Shown piece after piece: positions 38,342-48,528 of a DNA stretch of 64,000 nucleotides. Origin of the DNA: an uncultured Pirellulaceae bacterium (GTDB lineage Bacteria > Planctomycetota > Planctomycetia > Pirellulales > Pirellulaceae); NCBI GenBank assembly GCA_964439245.1, contig CAYTPS010000001.1, forward strand, positions 1,886 through 65,885, read 5' to 3'. Within the stretch, counting starts at the first letter, position 1. The number at the start of each line of letters is the position of its first letter. The notes under the pieces are model-generated. The model did not search any database and was not told where the DNA came from. It was given only the letters and a program-made list of their open reading frames with translations. The translations under genes and the position numbers were made by a program.

Positions 38342-39976
38342 TCAAACAAAAAGTGGCACGAAGTCAAATTTGTCGACATCAAACAGCCCTTTGTCGCTGA
38401 TCTTCAAAGAAGGAATCACCAGCAAGGCCATAAACGACAAAGTCATGTAGGGTGCTTGGAGATTCGTCCCCAGTTTTTCAACCTGTTGATTGAGCATGCC
38501 GTATTTTTCGCCAACTTCCTCACATGAACCAGTCGACATCAATCCGGCAACTGGAAGTGGCAAAACATCGGTGGTGCCATTAACCGAAACTGAAAGCCCG
38601 CCCTGATGCGCGATTACTGCGTTAATCGCGGCGACCAAGTCATCATCATTGGTGCCAACAGCGACGACGTTGTGAGAATCATGAGCAACTGATGACGCAA
38701 TTGCACCCGACTTAAATCCAAATCCTGTTACAAAAGCGACCGAAGGTTCAGCGGCCGCATATCGGTTGCAAACGACGATCTTTAAAATGTCATTTTCCAC
38801 GTCGGCAATGGCCATACCGTCTTCAATTCGACAGGGACGCTTTAGACTGTTAGTAATCAATTGGCCGTCGATTGCTTCCATTACACGAATCGTTGACGAT
38901 TGAGCTTTGATCGCAAGCTGTTCAGCGGCCAAGGGCGTCGCTGAAAACTGGTTGACGGTCTCTGGTGCGGGAACCGTTAGTAGGCTGTTGCCGTTTTTGT
39001 AGACCACCTCTCCATCGAGATAAGTTGCCGTTACATTGAAACCGGTCAAGTCATCCACCACGATGAAGTCGGCCGGATCACCAACTCGCAGCAACCCCAC
39101 GTCGAGGCCGTAGTGATTGACAGGGTTGACGCAAGCCACCTGCAAAACGTTCATCAGATCGCGCTCAGCCGCGACCGCTCGAGCAGCAAGTTGGTTGATG
39201 TGTCCAAGAAGAAGTTCGTCAGGGTGTTTGTCGTCGCTGCACAGCATGCAGAATTCAGGGTGTTCATCTATCAGGATTTGCAGAGCTTCGAAGTTACGGG
39301 CAGCAGATCCTTCGCGAATGGCAATCTTGCAACCAGCCTTAAGTTTGTCGATTGCTTCTTCACGAGTGAAGCACTCATGATCAGTCGTGATGCCTGCAGA
39401 GACATACTTCGCCGCCTCGTCGCCTCGCAATCCCGGCGCGTGACCATCAACAGGCTTGCCCAGTTCTTGTGCGGCCTTGATTTTGGCAATGACTTCAGGA
39501 TCGCCATTTAGCACACCTGGAAAGTCCATCATCTCGCTGAGGTAACCGATTCGAGGGTCTGCCAAAAGTTTCGCCGTTTCTTTGGCGTCAAGCGTAGCGC
39601 CAGCAGTTTCGAAAACTGTTGCTGGCACGCAAGCAGGAGCGCCGAAGCAGAACTTGAATTTGGTATTCGATGCGTTACGCAACATCAATTCCACGCCATC
39701 GAGACCGCACACGTTTGCGATCTCATGTGGATCCGAAACGGTGGCTACGGTTCCATGTTTAACGGCGACTTTAGCAAACTCGCACGGCAGGAGCATTGAA
39801 CTTTCAATGTGAATATGCGAATCAACAAATCCGGGCATGATGAAACCACCAGCGGCATCGACAGTATCTGGTGTTCGATCGATAGACGCTATTTTGCCAT
39901 CGACAACAGAGATTCTGGCGGAATAGATCTCACGTGTGTGAACATCGACTAGATTGCCAGAGATAGAAAATTCCAT
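38342..39976 (-). CDS. ade: Adenine deaminase
   Basis: Motifs PGFVDSHIHIESS, DPHEIANV, DGHAP, DHEC, IREGSAA, SDD.HP and SSVAHDSHN. ATG 39976 is preferred over 40093. Confidence 0.94.
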   Translation of the reverse strand: MEFSISGNLVDVHTREIYSARISVVDGKIASIDRTPDTVDAAGGFIMPGFVDSHIHIESSMLLPCEFAKVAVKHGTVATVSDPHEIANVCGLDGVELMLRNASNTKFKFCFGAPACVPATVFETAGATLDAKETAKLLADPRIGYLSEMMDFPGVLNGDPEVIAKIKAAQELGKPVDGHAPGLRGDEAAKYVSAGITTDHECFTREEAIDKLKAGCKIAIREGSAARNFEALQILIDEHPEFCMLCSDDKHPDELLLGHINQLAARAVAAERDLMNVLQVACVNPVNHYGLDVGLLRVGDPADFIVVDDLTGFNVTATYLDGEVVYKNGNSLLTVPAPETVNQFSATPLAAEQLAIKAQSSTIRVMEAIDGQLITNSLKRPCRIEDGMAIADVENDILKIVVCNRYAAAEPSVAFVTGFGFKSGAIASSVAHDSHNVVAVGTNDDDLVAAINAVIAHQGGLSVSVNGTTDVLPLPVAGLMSTGSCEEVGEKYGMLNQQVEKLGTNLQAPYMTLSFMALLVIPSLKISDKGLFDVDKFDFVPLFV

Positions 39977-40531
39977 TGTGTTGTCGCGAAATGCTATCGG
40001 TTTCCAACTCCAATGTACTCGAATTGGTCGAACCGAAATACCCTCGCATTGAGTCCGCAGGATGACTTCCAGCGCGATCAATGCTACCGGCAAACGCCCA
40101 TTTGAAGAACAGTTTAAGAAGCCGCTTCAAGCGAGTTAGTTGTGGTGTGGAAAATAGGTCGTGAGCTAGTCTTTGAACGATCACATCTAAGTTGCACTAA
40201 AAAAGAAGATGTGACTTTGGCTAGGACGCGAAGAGCGACTTTTTCGTAATTGGCAAACCGAGGAAGCCTTAAGAGAAAGTGTCTCAAACAAGTCGTTTGC
40301 AGCTATTACAAAGGCCAACATTTCGGGGTGTGACTCAAGTGTCCAGTGATAGCAGTTTTTACTGGAATTGCCGAGTTATGTGGCAGAAACAGCCAATAAA
40401 TCATTCTCTCTCGACCCCAGACCGCTGTTTTGCAATCATTGTAACTCACCTACCGCAGGGGTGTTCCGCTCGTAGAGCTTCTCACAATATCCTCTGCACC
40501 TTTTCACTCTTTTTTGAGGGCTAATTTTTAA

Positions 40532-41269
40532 ATGGAATCTACACGAAAGTATATTGCCGAATTCCTAGCAACGTTCTGGTTGGTTTTCGCTGGTTGCGGA
40601 TCTGCACTTCTGGCCGCGGGGTTTACAACACCCGACGGTTTGCACTTAGGAATTGGTTTCACTGGTGTCTCAATAGCGTTTGGATTGACGGTTCTCTCGA
40701 TGGCCTATGGCATCGGTCACATTTCGGGTGCTCACCTCAACCCAGCCGTAACTCTCGGCGCCTTTCTGGCGGGAAGACTACATGTCAAAGACCTCGTGCC
40801 GTATTGGATTGCTCAATTTGCAGGTGGAGTAGTAGCCGCTTTTCTACTGTTTTTCATTTGCAGCGGTGTTCCAGACTACGTAGCTGCGAGTTATGCGGGT
40901 GTCTGTAACGGCTACGGAGAACATTCTCCAGGTAAATACAACATGGTAGCCGCCTTCGTTGCAGAAGCAGTCTTTACCTTTATTTTCCTGATGGTCATTT
41001 TGGGTTCGACAGACTGGCGAGCCAGCGCAGGTTTCGCAGGAATAGCAATTGGTTTGTGTTTGACGCTAATCCATCTTGGCTTGATCCCAGTGACCAACTG
41101 TAGCGTCAATCCGGCGCGCAGTTTGGGCCCAGCCATCGTTGCAATGGTTAACGGTGAAGCTTGGCCGATGCAACAAGTGTGGTTGTTCTTTGCTGCACCA
41201 GCGGCCGGAGCAGCGCTCGCCGGTGTCGTTTACCGATCAGTCTTCCACGTCGCCAACCCAGACGACTAA
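40532..41269 (+). CDS. aqpZ: Aquaporin Z
   Basis: Motifs [35 protein letters not shown] and SVNPARS. Confidence 0.93.
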   Translation: MESTRKYIAEFLATFWLVFAGCGSALLAAGFTTPDGLHLGIGFTGVSIAFGLTVLSMAYGIGHISGAHLNPAVTLGAFLAGRLHVKDLVPYWIAQFAGGVVAAFLLFFICSGVPDYVAASYAGVCNGYGEHSPGKYNMVAAFVAEAVFTFIFLMVILGSTDWRASAGFAGIAIGLCLTLIHLGLIPVTNCSVNPARSLGPAIVAMVNGEAWPMQQVWLFFAAPAAGAALAGVVYRSVFHVANPDD

Positions 41270-41320
41270 CGGATTAAACAACGAAGAAACGACATCGGTT
41301 TATTCAGATGTCACTCAAAT

Positions 41321-41364
41321 AGGGCGGCCACGATTTCCACAATCGCTGGTCGCCCTGTTTTTTT
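41321..41364 (+). terminator. Intrinsic terminator after aqpZ
   Basis: Stem AGGGCGGCCA-CGATT / AATCG-C-TGGTCGCCCT followed by a T7 tract. Confidence 0.8.
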
Positions 41365-41533
41365 AGGTCGCGAAACTCCACAGGTTTACGACTTATTGAT
41401 GATCTCTTCCTGTTTCACACCTATTTTCCGATTCAAACTCCGGTCGTAGTCAATTAGCCAACTTGGTATAAATGTGTCCGTACAAGCAGCACTTTGCTGA
41501 CGACAGCAAAGTAAACAGCCGGCCGGATCTAAG

Positions 41534-44242
41534 ATGAAATCACTTGAACGTAGCATAGGCTTGGGAGCCGTCGTCGCGATCAGCATCAGTGCGATGCTGG
41601 GCAGCGGTATTTTTGTTCTACCTGGACTTGCTGCGGTCAAAACGGGGCCTATGGTTTGGCTTGCCTATCTGTTCGCTGGGTTGGGAGTATTGCCGGCGGC
41701 ACTCTCTAAATCAGAACTGGCGACCGCAATGCCGACCTCAGGTGGCACTTACGTCTATCTTGAGCGCGCCTTCGGACCGCTGACCGGTACGGTTTCAGGC
41801 ATTGGCCTCTGGTTGTCATTGCTCCTCAAAAGCGCTTTTGCTTTGTTTGGATTTTCAGCCTACCTAGCGGTTCTGGTCGACGTGCCACAGCAACCGGTAG
41901 CTCTCGCACTGCTCATTTGCATTACGGCGCTAAACATTGTCGGTGTCAGTATCATTGGCAAGCTACAGAAAATAATTGTCGGCATCGTATTGGTGCTGCT
42001 GCTGTTGATGTCGTGTTACGGATTGACGACCATTGAGTGGAGCAATTTTGATGACGGATTCACCAAAGGGACATCCGGATTCATTGCCGCCGCAGCGTTC
42101 GTATATGTGTCGTACGCGGGCGTTACAAAAGTTGCTGCCATTGCTGAAGAAGTAAAGGATCCGGGAAGAAATCTGCCGCTGGGAATTCTCATTTCTTGGA
42201 TTCTAGTGATGTGCATCTACGTGTTCGTGGTGTTTGTACTCGTGGCCAACGTGCCTCACAAAGAGCTGACCGGATACGACCATGGACAGTACAAACCGGA
42301 CATGGCGCCAATCTATACCGTCGCAAAAGTACTCGGCGGTCAGACGTGCGGATACATTGCCGCCGTCTTTGCTGTCCTGACAATGACATCGATGTCGGTG
42401 GCGGGTTTGCTGGCCGCATCGCGATTTCCGTTTGCCATGAGTCGCGATCAGCTTCTGCCTGATAAACTTCAGGATATCAATGAAAAGTTCAAAACTCCTG
42501 TTTGGTCAATTGGAGTTACGTCGGTTGCGATGGCGATTAGCATCCTGTTCCTGCCGGTAGAACAGATCGCGAAGCTCGCAAGTGCCTTTATGATTGTTGC
42601 CTTTATGTTCATCTGCGGCACGGTCATCGTGCTGCGGGAAAGTGCGGCGACTTGGTACAAGCCCCAGTTTCGCGCACCGCTGTACCCGTTTTTGCAAATC
42701 ATAGGCATCCTTGCCGGCGGAACTTTGTTGTGGGCCATGGGACTCACCAGCATCGCGGCGATCGCCGGTATCTGCTTAATAGGCGGACTTTCCTATGCGG
42801 TTTATGGTCGACATCAGACTTCGCGACTGGGCGTCGTGGGTCGAATGGGAAAACGCACTGATCTCGTTGGTGGAAGCAACGACCAAACAGAAGACGACGG
42901 ATTGCCTCATGATCTCGATGAAGATCTACCCACAGAAGCTGCAGTCGTCGTACCGCTTTTTGGCAGTGAACGATCGCCAGAGACCCTGGTCGAGATGGGA
43001 GCAGCTTTGGCTCATCATCGCAAACTGGAAGTGCTGCACGTTACCGAAGTTCCCGAGCAGATGTATCTGGCGGACGTTCTCGACGAAGATCATCTTTCTA
43101 TCGCTCTCAGCCGTCGTATTCACGTTATGGCCGAGGAGGAGGACGTCAACCTCGAGTACAACACGACGGTCTCTCATGACGTCGTGCAAACGATCCACAA
43201 AGTTGCCGACCGGTTGCACTGTGAATGGGTGGTGATGGAGTCAGCGAGTCGTCGCACCAAAGGAATCACGTTTCAAAATCAGCTAGGCTGGTTGCAGGAT
43301 CACTTGCCATGCAATCTAGCAGTCTTTAAGGATGCCGGAGTACGGTACATCCGCAAGATCCTAGTCTTTGTTGAACCCGGACCGCACGATTCACTGGTTG
43401 TCACAACCGCTGATCATCTCGCGGATATTTACAAAGCTGAATTGAGTTTCGCGTGCTTCGTCGCCGAAAACGAAGAACCGCTTAACGCCCAAGCCAAAGC
43501 GGACTACGTCGATCAGTTACGCGACCTTTGCGTCAATAAAACTGAAACGCTAAAGCTCTCAGGATCGACAGAGATGTTGGCCATCGAAAAAGCTACTGAA
43601 AAATTCGACCTGTTGATCATGGGTGCCCCTCCACCCCGCACGCTGTCGACAAGATTTTTTGGAACGTCGAAGGATGTACTAACCAGAAAGTCAGCTTGTA
43701 GCGTTCTGTGGCTGAAGACACCCAGCGAACAAATCCATGACGCGCTCAACGTCGTTCAACGTGGCGCTGGTGAGAGCTTTGACTTGATGAACTACATTTC
43801 GCCTGACTACGTCCATCCAAAGATTGAAGTGCAGAAAAAGGAAGAGCTGTTCCGCATGGCGACGGAAAAGATCTCTGGAAAGTTCGATGACGAAATTAGT
43901 CCTCTGATTATTAGCACAGCGCTTTGGGAACGCGAACAAACGCAAGTCACGTCGATTGGAAAAGGCGTCGCGATGCCACATGCGACTCTTTCTCGTGCTC
44001 CCGCCGGAAGTTCCGCGATCGCGGTTTACACCTTGGACAAGGAAATAGATTTCGGAGCACCCAATGGTGCCAAAGTAGACGTCTGTTTCTTTACGATGGG
44101 TCCACCTGCCGATCGTCAGATACACCTTGAGATTCTTTCTCAGCTTGCAAAATTGGTTCTGAATAACGACTGCCTCGAAGAGCTACGATCGGCCACAACG
44201 GCGGAAAAACTATACGCGACGATACGTAAGTATTGTGAATGA
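41534..44242 (+). CDS. APC-family permease fused to two USP-like domains and a PTS EIIA(Fru/Ntr)-like domain
   Basis: About 12 TM segments with GSGIF, ELATAMP.SGG.Y, AEEVKDP and SRD.LLP. USP-like segments (VVVPLFG, KILVFV.PGPH, DLLIMGA). C-terminal ERE...T.IG.GVAMPHA...H..ILS.LA. Confidence 0.85.
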   Translation: MKSLERSIGLGAVVAISISAMLGSGIFVLPGLAAVKTGPMVWLAYLFAGLGVLPAALSKSELATAMPTSGGTYVYLERAFGPLTGTVSGIGLWLSLLLKSAFALFGFSAYLAVLVDVPQQPVALALLICITALNIVGVSIIGKLQKIIVGIVLVLLLLMSCYGLTTIEWSNFDDGFTKGTSGFIAAAAFVYVSYAGVTKVAAIAEEVKDPGRNLPLGILISWILVMCIYVFVVFVLVANVPHKELTGYDHGQYKPDMAPIYTVAKVLGGQTCGYIAAVFAVLTMTSMSVAGLLAASRFPFAMSRDQLLPDKLQDINEKFKTPVWSIGVTSVAMAISILFLPVEQIAKLASAFMIVAFMFICGTVIVLRESAATWYKPQFRAPLYPFLQIIGILAGGTLLWAMGLTSIAAIAGICLIGGLSYAVYGRHQTSRLGVVGRMGKRTDLVGGSNDQTEDDGLPHDLDEDLPTEAAVVVPLFGSERSPETLVEMGAALAHHRKLEVLHVTEVPEQMYLADVLDEDHLSIALSRRIHVMAEEEDVNLEYNTTVSHDVVQTIHKVADRLHCEWVVMESASRRTKGITFQNQLGWLQDHLPCNLAVFKDAGVRYIRKILVFVEPGPHDSLVVTTADHLADIYKAELSFACFVAENEEPLNAQAKADYVDQLRDLCVNKTETLKLSGSTEMLAIEKATEKFDLLIMGAPPPRTLSTRFFGTSKDVLTRKSACSVLWLKTPSEQIHDALNVVQRGAGESFDLMNYISPDYVHPKIEVQKKEELFRMATEKISGKFDDEISPLIISTALWEREQTQVTSIGKGVAMPHATLSRAPAGSSAIAVYTLDKEIDFGAPNGAKVDVCFFTMGPPADRQIHLEILSQLAKLVLNNDCLEELRSATTAEKLYATIRKYCE

Positions 44243-44302
44243 ACGAATCGCTACTTTTGGAGCAATGATCAATTCACCCGACAACCACAAAAGGGGGCGT
44301 CA

Positions 44303-44959
44303 ATGACTGATGATTACAAGCGGCGCAATATTCAATGGTTTGCGAAGACGCCCTTGATCGCCGTCGTTCTGACAACTTCAGTTTGCATGTTGGGTTGTAC
44401 GCAAGAACCAATTGGCGGTGATTCTGAAGCTGTTCAGCCGGTGCCCGAGTTGACGGAGATGACACTTCAAGCTGAAGCGCAACAAGCATCTACTCCGCCC
44501 AAGACTGATCAAGGGCTCCTTAAAACGGCAGGTGATTTTCTCCAGAAAGCAAAATCCGGAACTGGTACGACGGCCATCGAGGCCAAAGATTGGGTTCAAA
44601 AAAAGATAGGTGACGCGGCTACGGCCAGTGGAGAGTCTGCCAGCGACGCGCTCTCGTGGGCCAATGACACATTTGAGTCACTCAAGGAAAGCGGTTTAAC
44701 CAGCGCCGACAACACCAGCCAATGGCTGACGCAGGACTGGAAAAACATGCAGTCGTGGGAATACAAAACGGTTACTTTAGGAAACACCGAAGGTGGGTCG
44801 GCTGAAGAACAGTTGAATCAACTCGGTGCTGAGGGCTGGGAATGTTTCCATGTTGAAACGGGTAGGTTTTATTTCAAGAAACCGGCTGACAGTTATCTTC
44901 GTCATCTGCCGTTTCGAGACGTGATTAAACTGATTCCGTTATTGAATCAGGCGAAATAA
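44303..44959 (+). CDS. Hypothetical lipoprotein with a C-terminal DUF4177-like motif
   Basis: Lipobox-like MLGC; C-terminal WEYKTV...LNQLGAEGWE...FKK. Confidence 0.6.
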   Translation: MTDDYKRRNIQWFAKTPLIAVVLTTSVCMLGCTQEPIGGDSEAVQPVPELTEMTLQAEAQQASTPPKTDQGLLKTAGDFLQKAKSGTGTTAIEAKDWVQKKIGDAATASGESASDALSWANDTFESLKESGLTSADNTSQWLTQDWKNMQSWEYKTVTLGNTEGGSAEEQLNQLGAEGWECFHVETGRFYFKKPADSYLRHLPFRDVIKLIPLLNQAK

Positions 44960-45003
44960 ACGGTGCACGGTCGCTGCATCCAATTCCTTTCCCGATACCA
45001 ATC

Positions 45004-45900
45004 ATGCTTGACCTACAAAACCGCCGGCGATTCATCACATCAGTGGCTTGTACTGCCGTCGCCGCGACTTCTGTTTTTTCACCTAAGGAAACTAGGGCTC
45101 AGGAATTAGATTCGGCGGACCGTAACCGGTCAGTATTGCGGTCGGTGAAATGGGGAATGATCGAGACTGGCGGCAGTGTGCTGGAAAAATTTCAGCTGTG
45201 TAAGGAAATTGGATATGACGGAATGGAGTTGATCAGCCCGACAGAAATTTCCGCCAAAGAGATCCGCGAGGCTAGTGAAACTACTGGTATGCCAGTTCAT
45301 GGTTTGGTCGATATGAAGCACTGGCAAATTCGACTTTCTTCCCCCGATCCAATGGTGCGCCAACGTGGTCGGCAGATTTTGGATCAGGCCATCGCCGATG
45401 CGAAAGCTTTCGGTGGCGATTCGGTTTTGTTGGTCCCCGGAAAGGTTGGCGACAAAGATGAAACGCATGATCATGTTTGGAGTCGGTCTATCGCCGAGAT
45501 TCGCAAGAGTATTCCCGTGGCTGCCCGTTGTGGTGTGCGGATTTTGATTGAGAACGTTTGGAATGGATTTTGCGAAACTCCCGATCAATTAAAAGACTAT
45601 GTGGACGAGATCGACAGCCCCTGGGTCGGGGTGTACTTTGACATCGGCAACGCCCAAAAATTTTCGCCCAGCGAGCAGTGGATCAAAACACTGGGTGCAC
45701 AAATCGTAAAATTGGATATCAAGGACTGGGGCAAGGAGAATGGGTTCTGCAAAATTGGCGATGGAGAAGTCGATTGGAACGCCGTTACCGAGGCCTTGGT
45801 CGAGGTTGGTTTTTCTGGTTGGTCAACGGCCGAAGTGCAGGGTGGAGATCGCGCTCGGTTGGCTGATATTGCAAATCGAATGGAACGCGTTTTGGGATAA
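45004..45900 (+). CDS. Tat-exported sugar phosphate isomerase/epimerase (AP endonuclease 2 TIM barrel)
   Basis: Twin-arginine signal NRRRF; motifs GYDGMEL, IENVWN, YFDIGN, IKD and GDGEVDW. Confidence 0.85.
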   Translation: MLDLQNRRRFITSVACTAVAATSVFSPKETRAQELDSADRNRSVLRSVKWGMIETGGSVLEKFQLCKEIGYDGMELISPTEISAKEIREASETTGMPVHGLVDMKHWQIRLSSPDPMVRQRGRQILDQAIADAKAFGGDSVLLVPGKVGDKDETHDHVWSRSIAEIRKSIPVAARCGVRILIENVWNGFCETPDQLKDYVDEIDSPWVGVYFDIGNAQKFSPSEQWIKTLGAQIVKLDIKDWGKENGFCKIGDGEVDWNAVTEALVEVGFSGWSTAEVQGGDRARLADIANRMERVLG

Positions 45901-45964
45901 GGCACCAAGTGCTTGCGTGGCTATTTAGCCATCCAGTAGGATCGTTTTTTTGAAGGAGCAAAAT

Positions 45965-47251
45965 GTGCCCGAACAACATCCAGACCGTCGAACATTTCTA
46001 AAGGCATCGTCTTCTACAGCAGGCACCGCCGCGCTGGCTCCCATATTGTTGTCGCCAGCGGTTCACACTGGGCATCAAGAAATGCTTAAGCTGGGACTCG
46101 TCGGATGCGGAGGCCGGGGAGAAGGAGCCGTACTAAACGCTTTGGCTGCCGATCCGAATGTAAAACTGGTTGCTATTGGCGATACGTTTCGTGACCGGGC
46201 CATCGCACGCCAAGCCAATTTCCTAAAGAATGAAGAGTTTACCAGTCGCGCGACAGTAACCGACGAACAAGTCTTCGATGGGTTCGGCAATTTCAAAAAT
46301 GTCATTGACGCTAGTGACGTTGTGATTCTGGCCACTCCACCTCACTTCCGCCCGGAGCATCTTGCTTATGCGGTTGAGCAAAACAAACATTGCTTTGTAG
46401 AGAAACCGATTGCCGTCGATGCGTCAGGTGTTCGCGCGGTTCAAGCATCTTGCGAAAGTGCGAAGGAGAAGGGTCTGTCTATCGTATCAGGACTTTGCTG
46501 GCGATATGACTTGGGCATCCAAGAAACGATGAAGAAGATCTTGGAGGAGAAATTAATCGGTGAGATTGTCTCAATCCAATCCAACTATAACTCGGGCACT
46601 TTGTGGCATCGAGGAGACCAAGAGAATTGGAGTCGGATGGAGTATCAGATTCGCAATTGGTTGTATTTCAATTGGTTGTCCGGCGACCACATTGTGGAGC
46701 AAGCAGTTCACTCGTTGGACAAAACCGCATGGCTAATGGGTGACGTGCCACCGGTCAAAGCGATGGCCCTTGGTGGTCGGCAACAGCGTACTGATTCGAA
46801 ATGGGGCGACATCTTTGATCACTTCACAGTGTTCTACGAATACGCATCGGGGCAGCGCGTGTATTTCACTTGTCGCCAACAGGCTGATACAGACCAGCAA
46901 GTTGACGAGTTGGTTCTTGGCACCAAAGGCCAAGCTGAGGTGATCAGGCATCGCATCAAGACGAATGACGGAGAGAAGTGGCGCTATCGTGGTCCCAAAC
47001 CTAGTATGTATGTCAACGAGCATGTTGAATTCTTTAAAAGCATTCGCAGTGGCCAACCGATCAACAATGGACACTATATGTGCAACAGTACGATGCTGGC
47101 GATCATGGGGCGCATGGCTGCCTACAGTGGAAAAACACTGACGTGGGAAGAGTGTATCAACAGCAAACAAAGACTGGGGCCGAAGGAATACACTTGGGGC
47201 GATGTTCCGACGAGCCCAGTCGCAGTTCCGGGCGTAACCAAAGTGCTTTGA
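45965..47251 (+). CDS. Tat-exported Gfo/Idh/MocA oxidoreductase
   Basis: Motifs DRRTFLK, GCGGRG, ATPP.FRP.H, EKP and EQ.VH..D. GTG 45965 follows AAGGAG. Confidence 0.88.
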   Translation: MPEQHPDRRTFLKASSSTAGTAALAPILLSPAVHTGHQEMLKLGLVGCGGRGEGAVLNALAADPNVKLVAIGDTFRDRAIARQANFLKNEEFTSRATVTDEQVFDGFGNFKNVIDASDVVILATPPHFRPEHLAYAVEQNKHCFVEKPIAVDASGVRAVQASCESAKEKGLSIVSGLCWRYDLGIQETMKKILEEKLIGEIVSIQSNYNSGTLWHRGDQENWSRMEYQIRNWLYFNWLSGDHIVEQAVHSLDKTAWLMGDVPPVKAMALGGRQQRTDSKWGDIFDHFTVFYEYASGQRVYFTCRQQADTDQQVDELVLGTKGQAEVIRHRIKTNDGEKWRYRGPKPSMYVNEHVEFFKSIRSGQPINNGHYMCNSTMLAIMGRMAAYSGKTLTWEECINSKQRLGPKEYTWGDVPTSPVAVPGVTKVL

Positions 47252-47287
47252 TAATTCTCACCAGACACTGTCACGAAACAAGAATTC

Positions 47288-48454
47288 ATGCGGATAAAAA
47301 CAGTTCATCACCAAGTCTTTTTTGCATTCTTGCTCGCTTTCTGGCCGGCAACGATTTTGGCTCAGCCGCCGACAGCCGAACCTAGAATCGAAGGTGCCTC
47401 ACCGAAGCTCAAAACGTTCAAGCCTTATGCGCGGACGATACCGGGAACAAAGGTTGAGTTTGAGATGTTGCCAGTTCCCGAAGGTGAATTTTTGATGGGT
47501 AGTCCAGAAACTGAATCCAGACGTAAACCAGATGAAGGTCCTCAGGTGCGTGTGAGGGTCAGTGCTTTCTGGATGGGAAAGCACGAAGTCTCTTGGGGTG
47601 AGTATCAGCAGTTCATGAAATTGTGCGCAGTTTTTGGCAAGTTTGATGATCTCAAGATTCGTCAGCTATCTGCGGAAATTCAAATCGATGCAGTTACCGC
47701 GCCGTCTCAGTTGTATGATCCGCATTTTGTTTACGCGTCGGGTGATGATGTGCGTTTGCCGGCCGTTTCAATGAGCCAATACGCAGCTAAGCAATATACG
47801 AAGTGGCTTAGTCTTTTGACCGGTGAGTTTTATCGACTGCCGACCGAGGCCGAGTGGGAATATGCTTGCCGAGCGGGGACGACGACGGCATTTTCGTTTG
47901 GTGACAAACACCAACAGTTGTCCGAATATGGTTGCTTCATCGACAACAGCGATGATGTAACCAGCAAGATTGGCATCCGAAAACCCAATGCCTGGGGTTT
48001 GTTTGATATGCATGGCAACGTTTCGGAGTGGGTGTTGGATCAATACTATCCTGATTGGTATGTTCGCACAAAGAAGGATGTGACTTCCTCGATCGATATG
48101 ATTGCATGGCCAAATAAGTTGTTCCCGCGAGTTGTGCGAGGTGGTTCATGGGATAGCGAAGCAGAAGATTGCCGAAGTGCGGCTCGCCGACAGTCAGACG
48201 ACGACCAGTGGCGGAGTTACGATCCAAATTCACCGCAAAGTCCATGGTGGTTCGCGAGCGAACAAGGACAAACGGTTGGATTCCGAATCGTAAGACCTTT
48301 GAACGCTCCTCCACGCGCAAAATGGGACAAGTACCACGACGCCGATCTCGAACAGATCCGTGATCACGTTAGACAGCGTATTGAAGACGAGGGCCGTGGC
48401 GAGTGGGGAATTGTTGATCCGGATCTACCGGCCGCAATTAGTAAACTTAAGTGA
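47288..48454 (+). CDS. Secreted formylglycine-generating-enzyme (SUMF1)-domain protein
   Basis: Motifs F.MGS, RLPTEAEWEYACRAG, N.WGL.DMHGNV.EW, RGGSW and GFR. Lacks the Cys pair of true FGE. Confidence 0.85.
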   Translation: MRIKTVHHQVFFAFLLAFWPATILAQPPTAEPRIEGASPKLKTFKPYARTIPGTKVEFEMLPVPEGEFLMGSPETESRRKPDEGPQVRVRVSAFWMGKHEVSWGEYQQFMKLCAVFGKFDDLKIRQLSAEIQIDAVTAPSQLYDPHFVYASGDDVRLPAVSMSQYAAKQYTKWLSLLTGEFYRLPTEAEWEYACRAGTTTAFSFGDKHQQLSEYGCFIDNSDDVTSKIGIRKPNAWGLFDMHGNVSEWVLDQYYPDWYVRTKKDVTSSIDMIAWPNKLFPRVVRGGSWDSEAEDCRSAARRQSDDDQWRSYDPNSPQSPWWFASEQGQTVGFRIVRPLNAPPRAKWDKYHDADLEQIRDHVRQRIEDEGRGEWGIVDPDLPAAISKLK

Positions 48455-48478
48455 GAGACGAAACACTTGAACTATCTC

Positions 48479-48509
48479 GGGTGCCGCGCTGACACGTAGC
48501 GTGGCACCC
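48479..48509. terminator. Hairpin between convergent genes, probable terminator
   Basis: Stem GGGTGCCGCGCT/AGCGTGGCACCC; U-tracts are weak. Confidence 0.55.
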
Positions 48510-48528
48510 TTGAATCCAAACATCGCCA

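Noticed and set aside
40200-40300. GGCAAACC upstream of aqpZ as a c-di-GMP-I riboswitch
   Set aside because: The following GNRA hairpin and GCAAAG/P2 elements are not present.
47288-48454. True formylglycine-generating enzyme
   Set aside because: It lacks the catalytic Cys pair after RGGS, and no sulfatase is adjacent.
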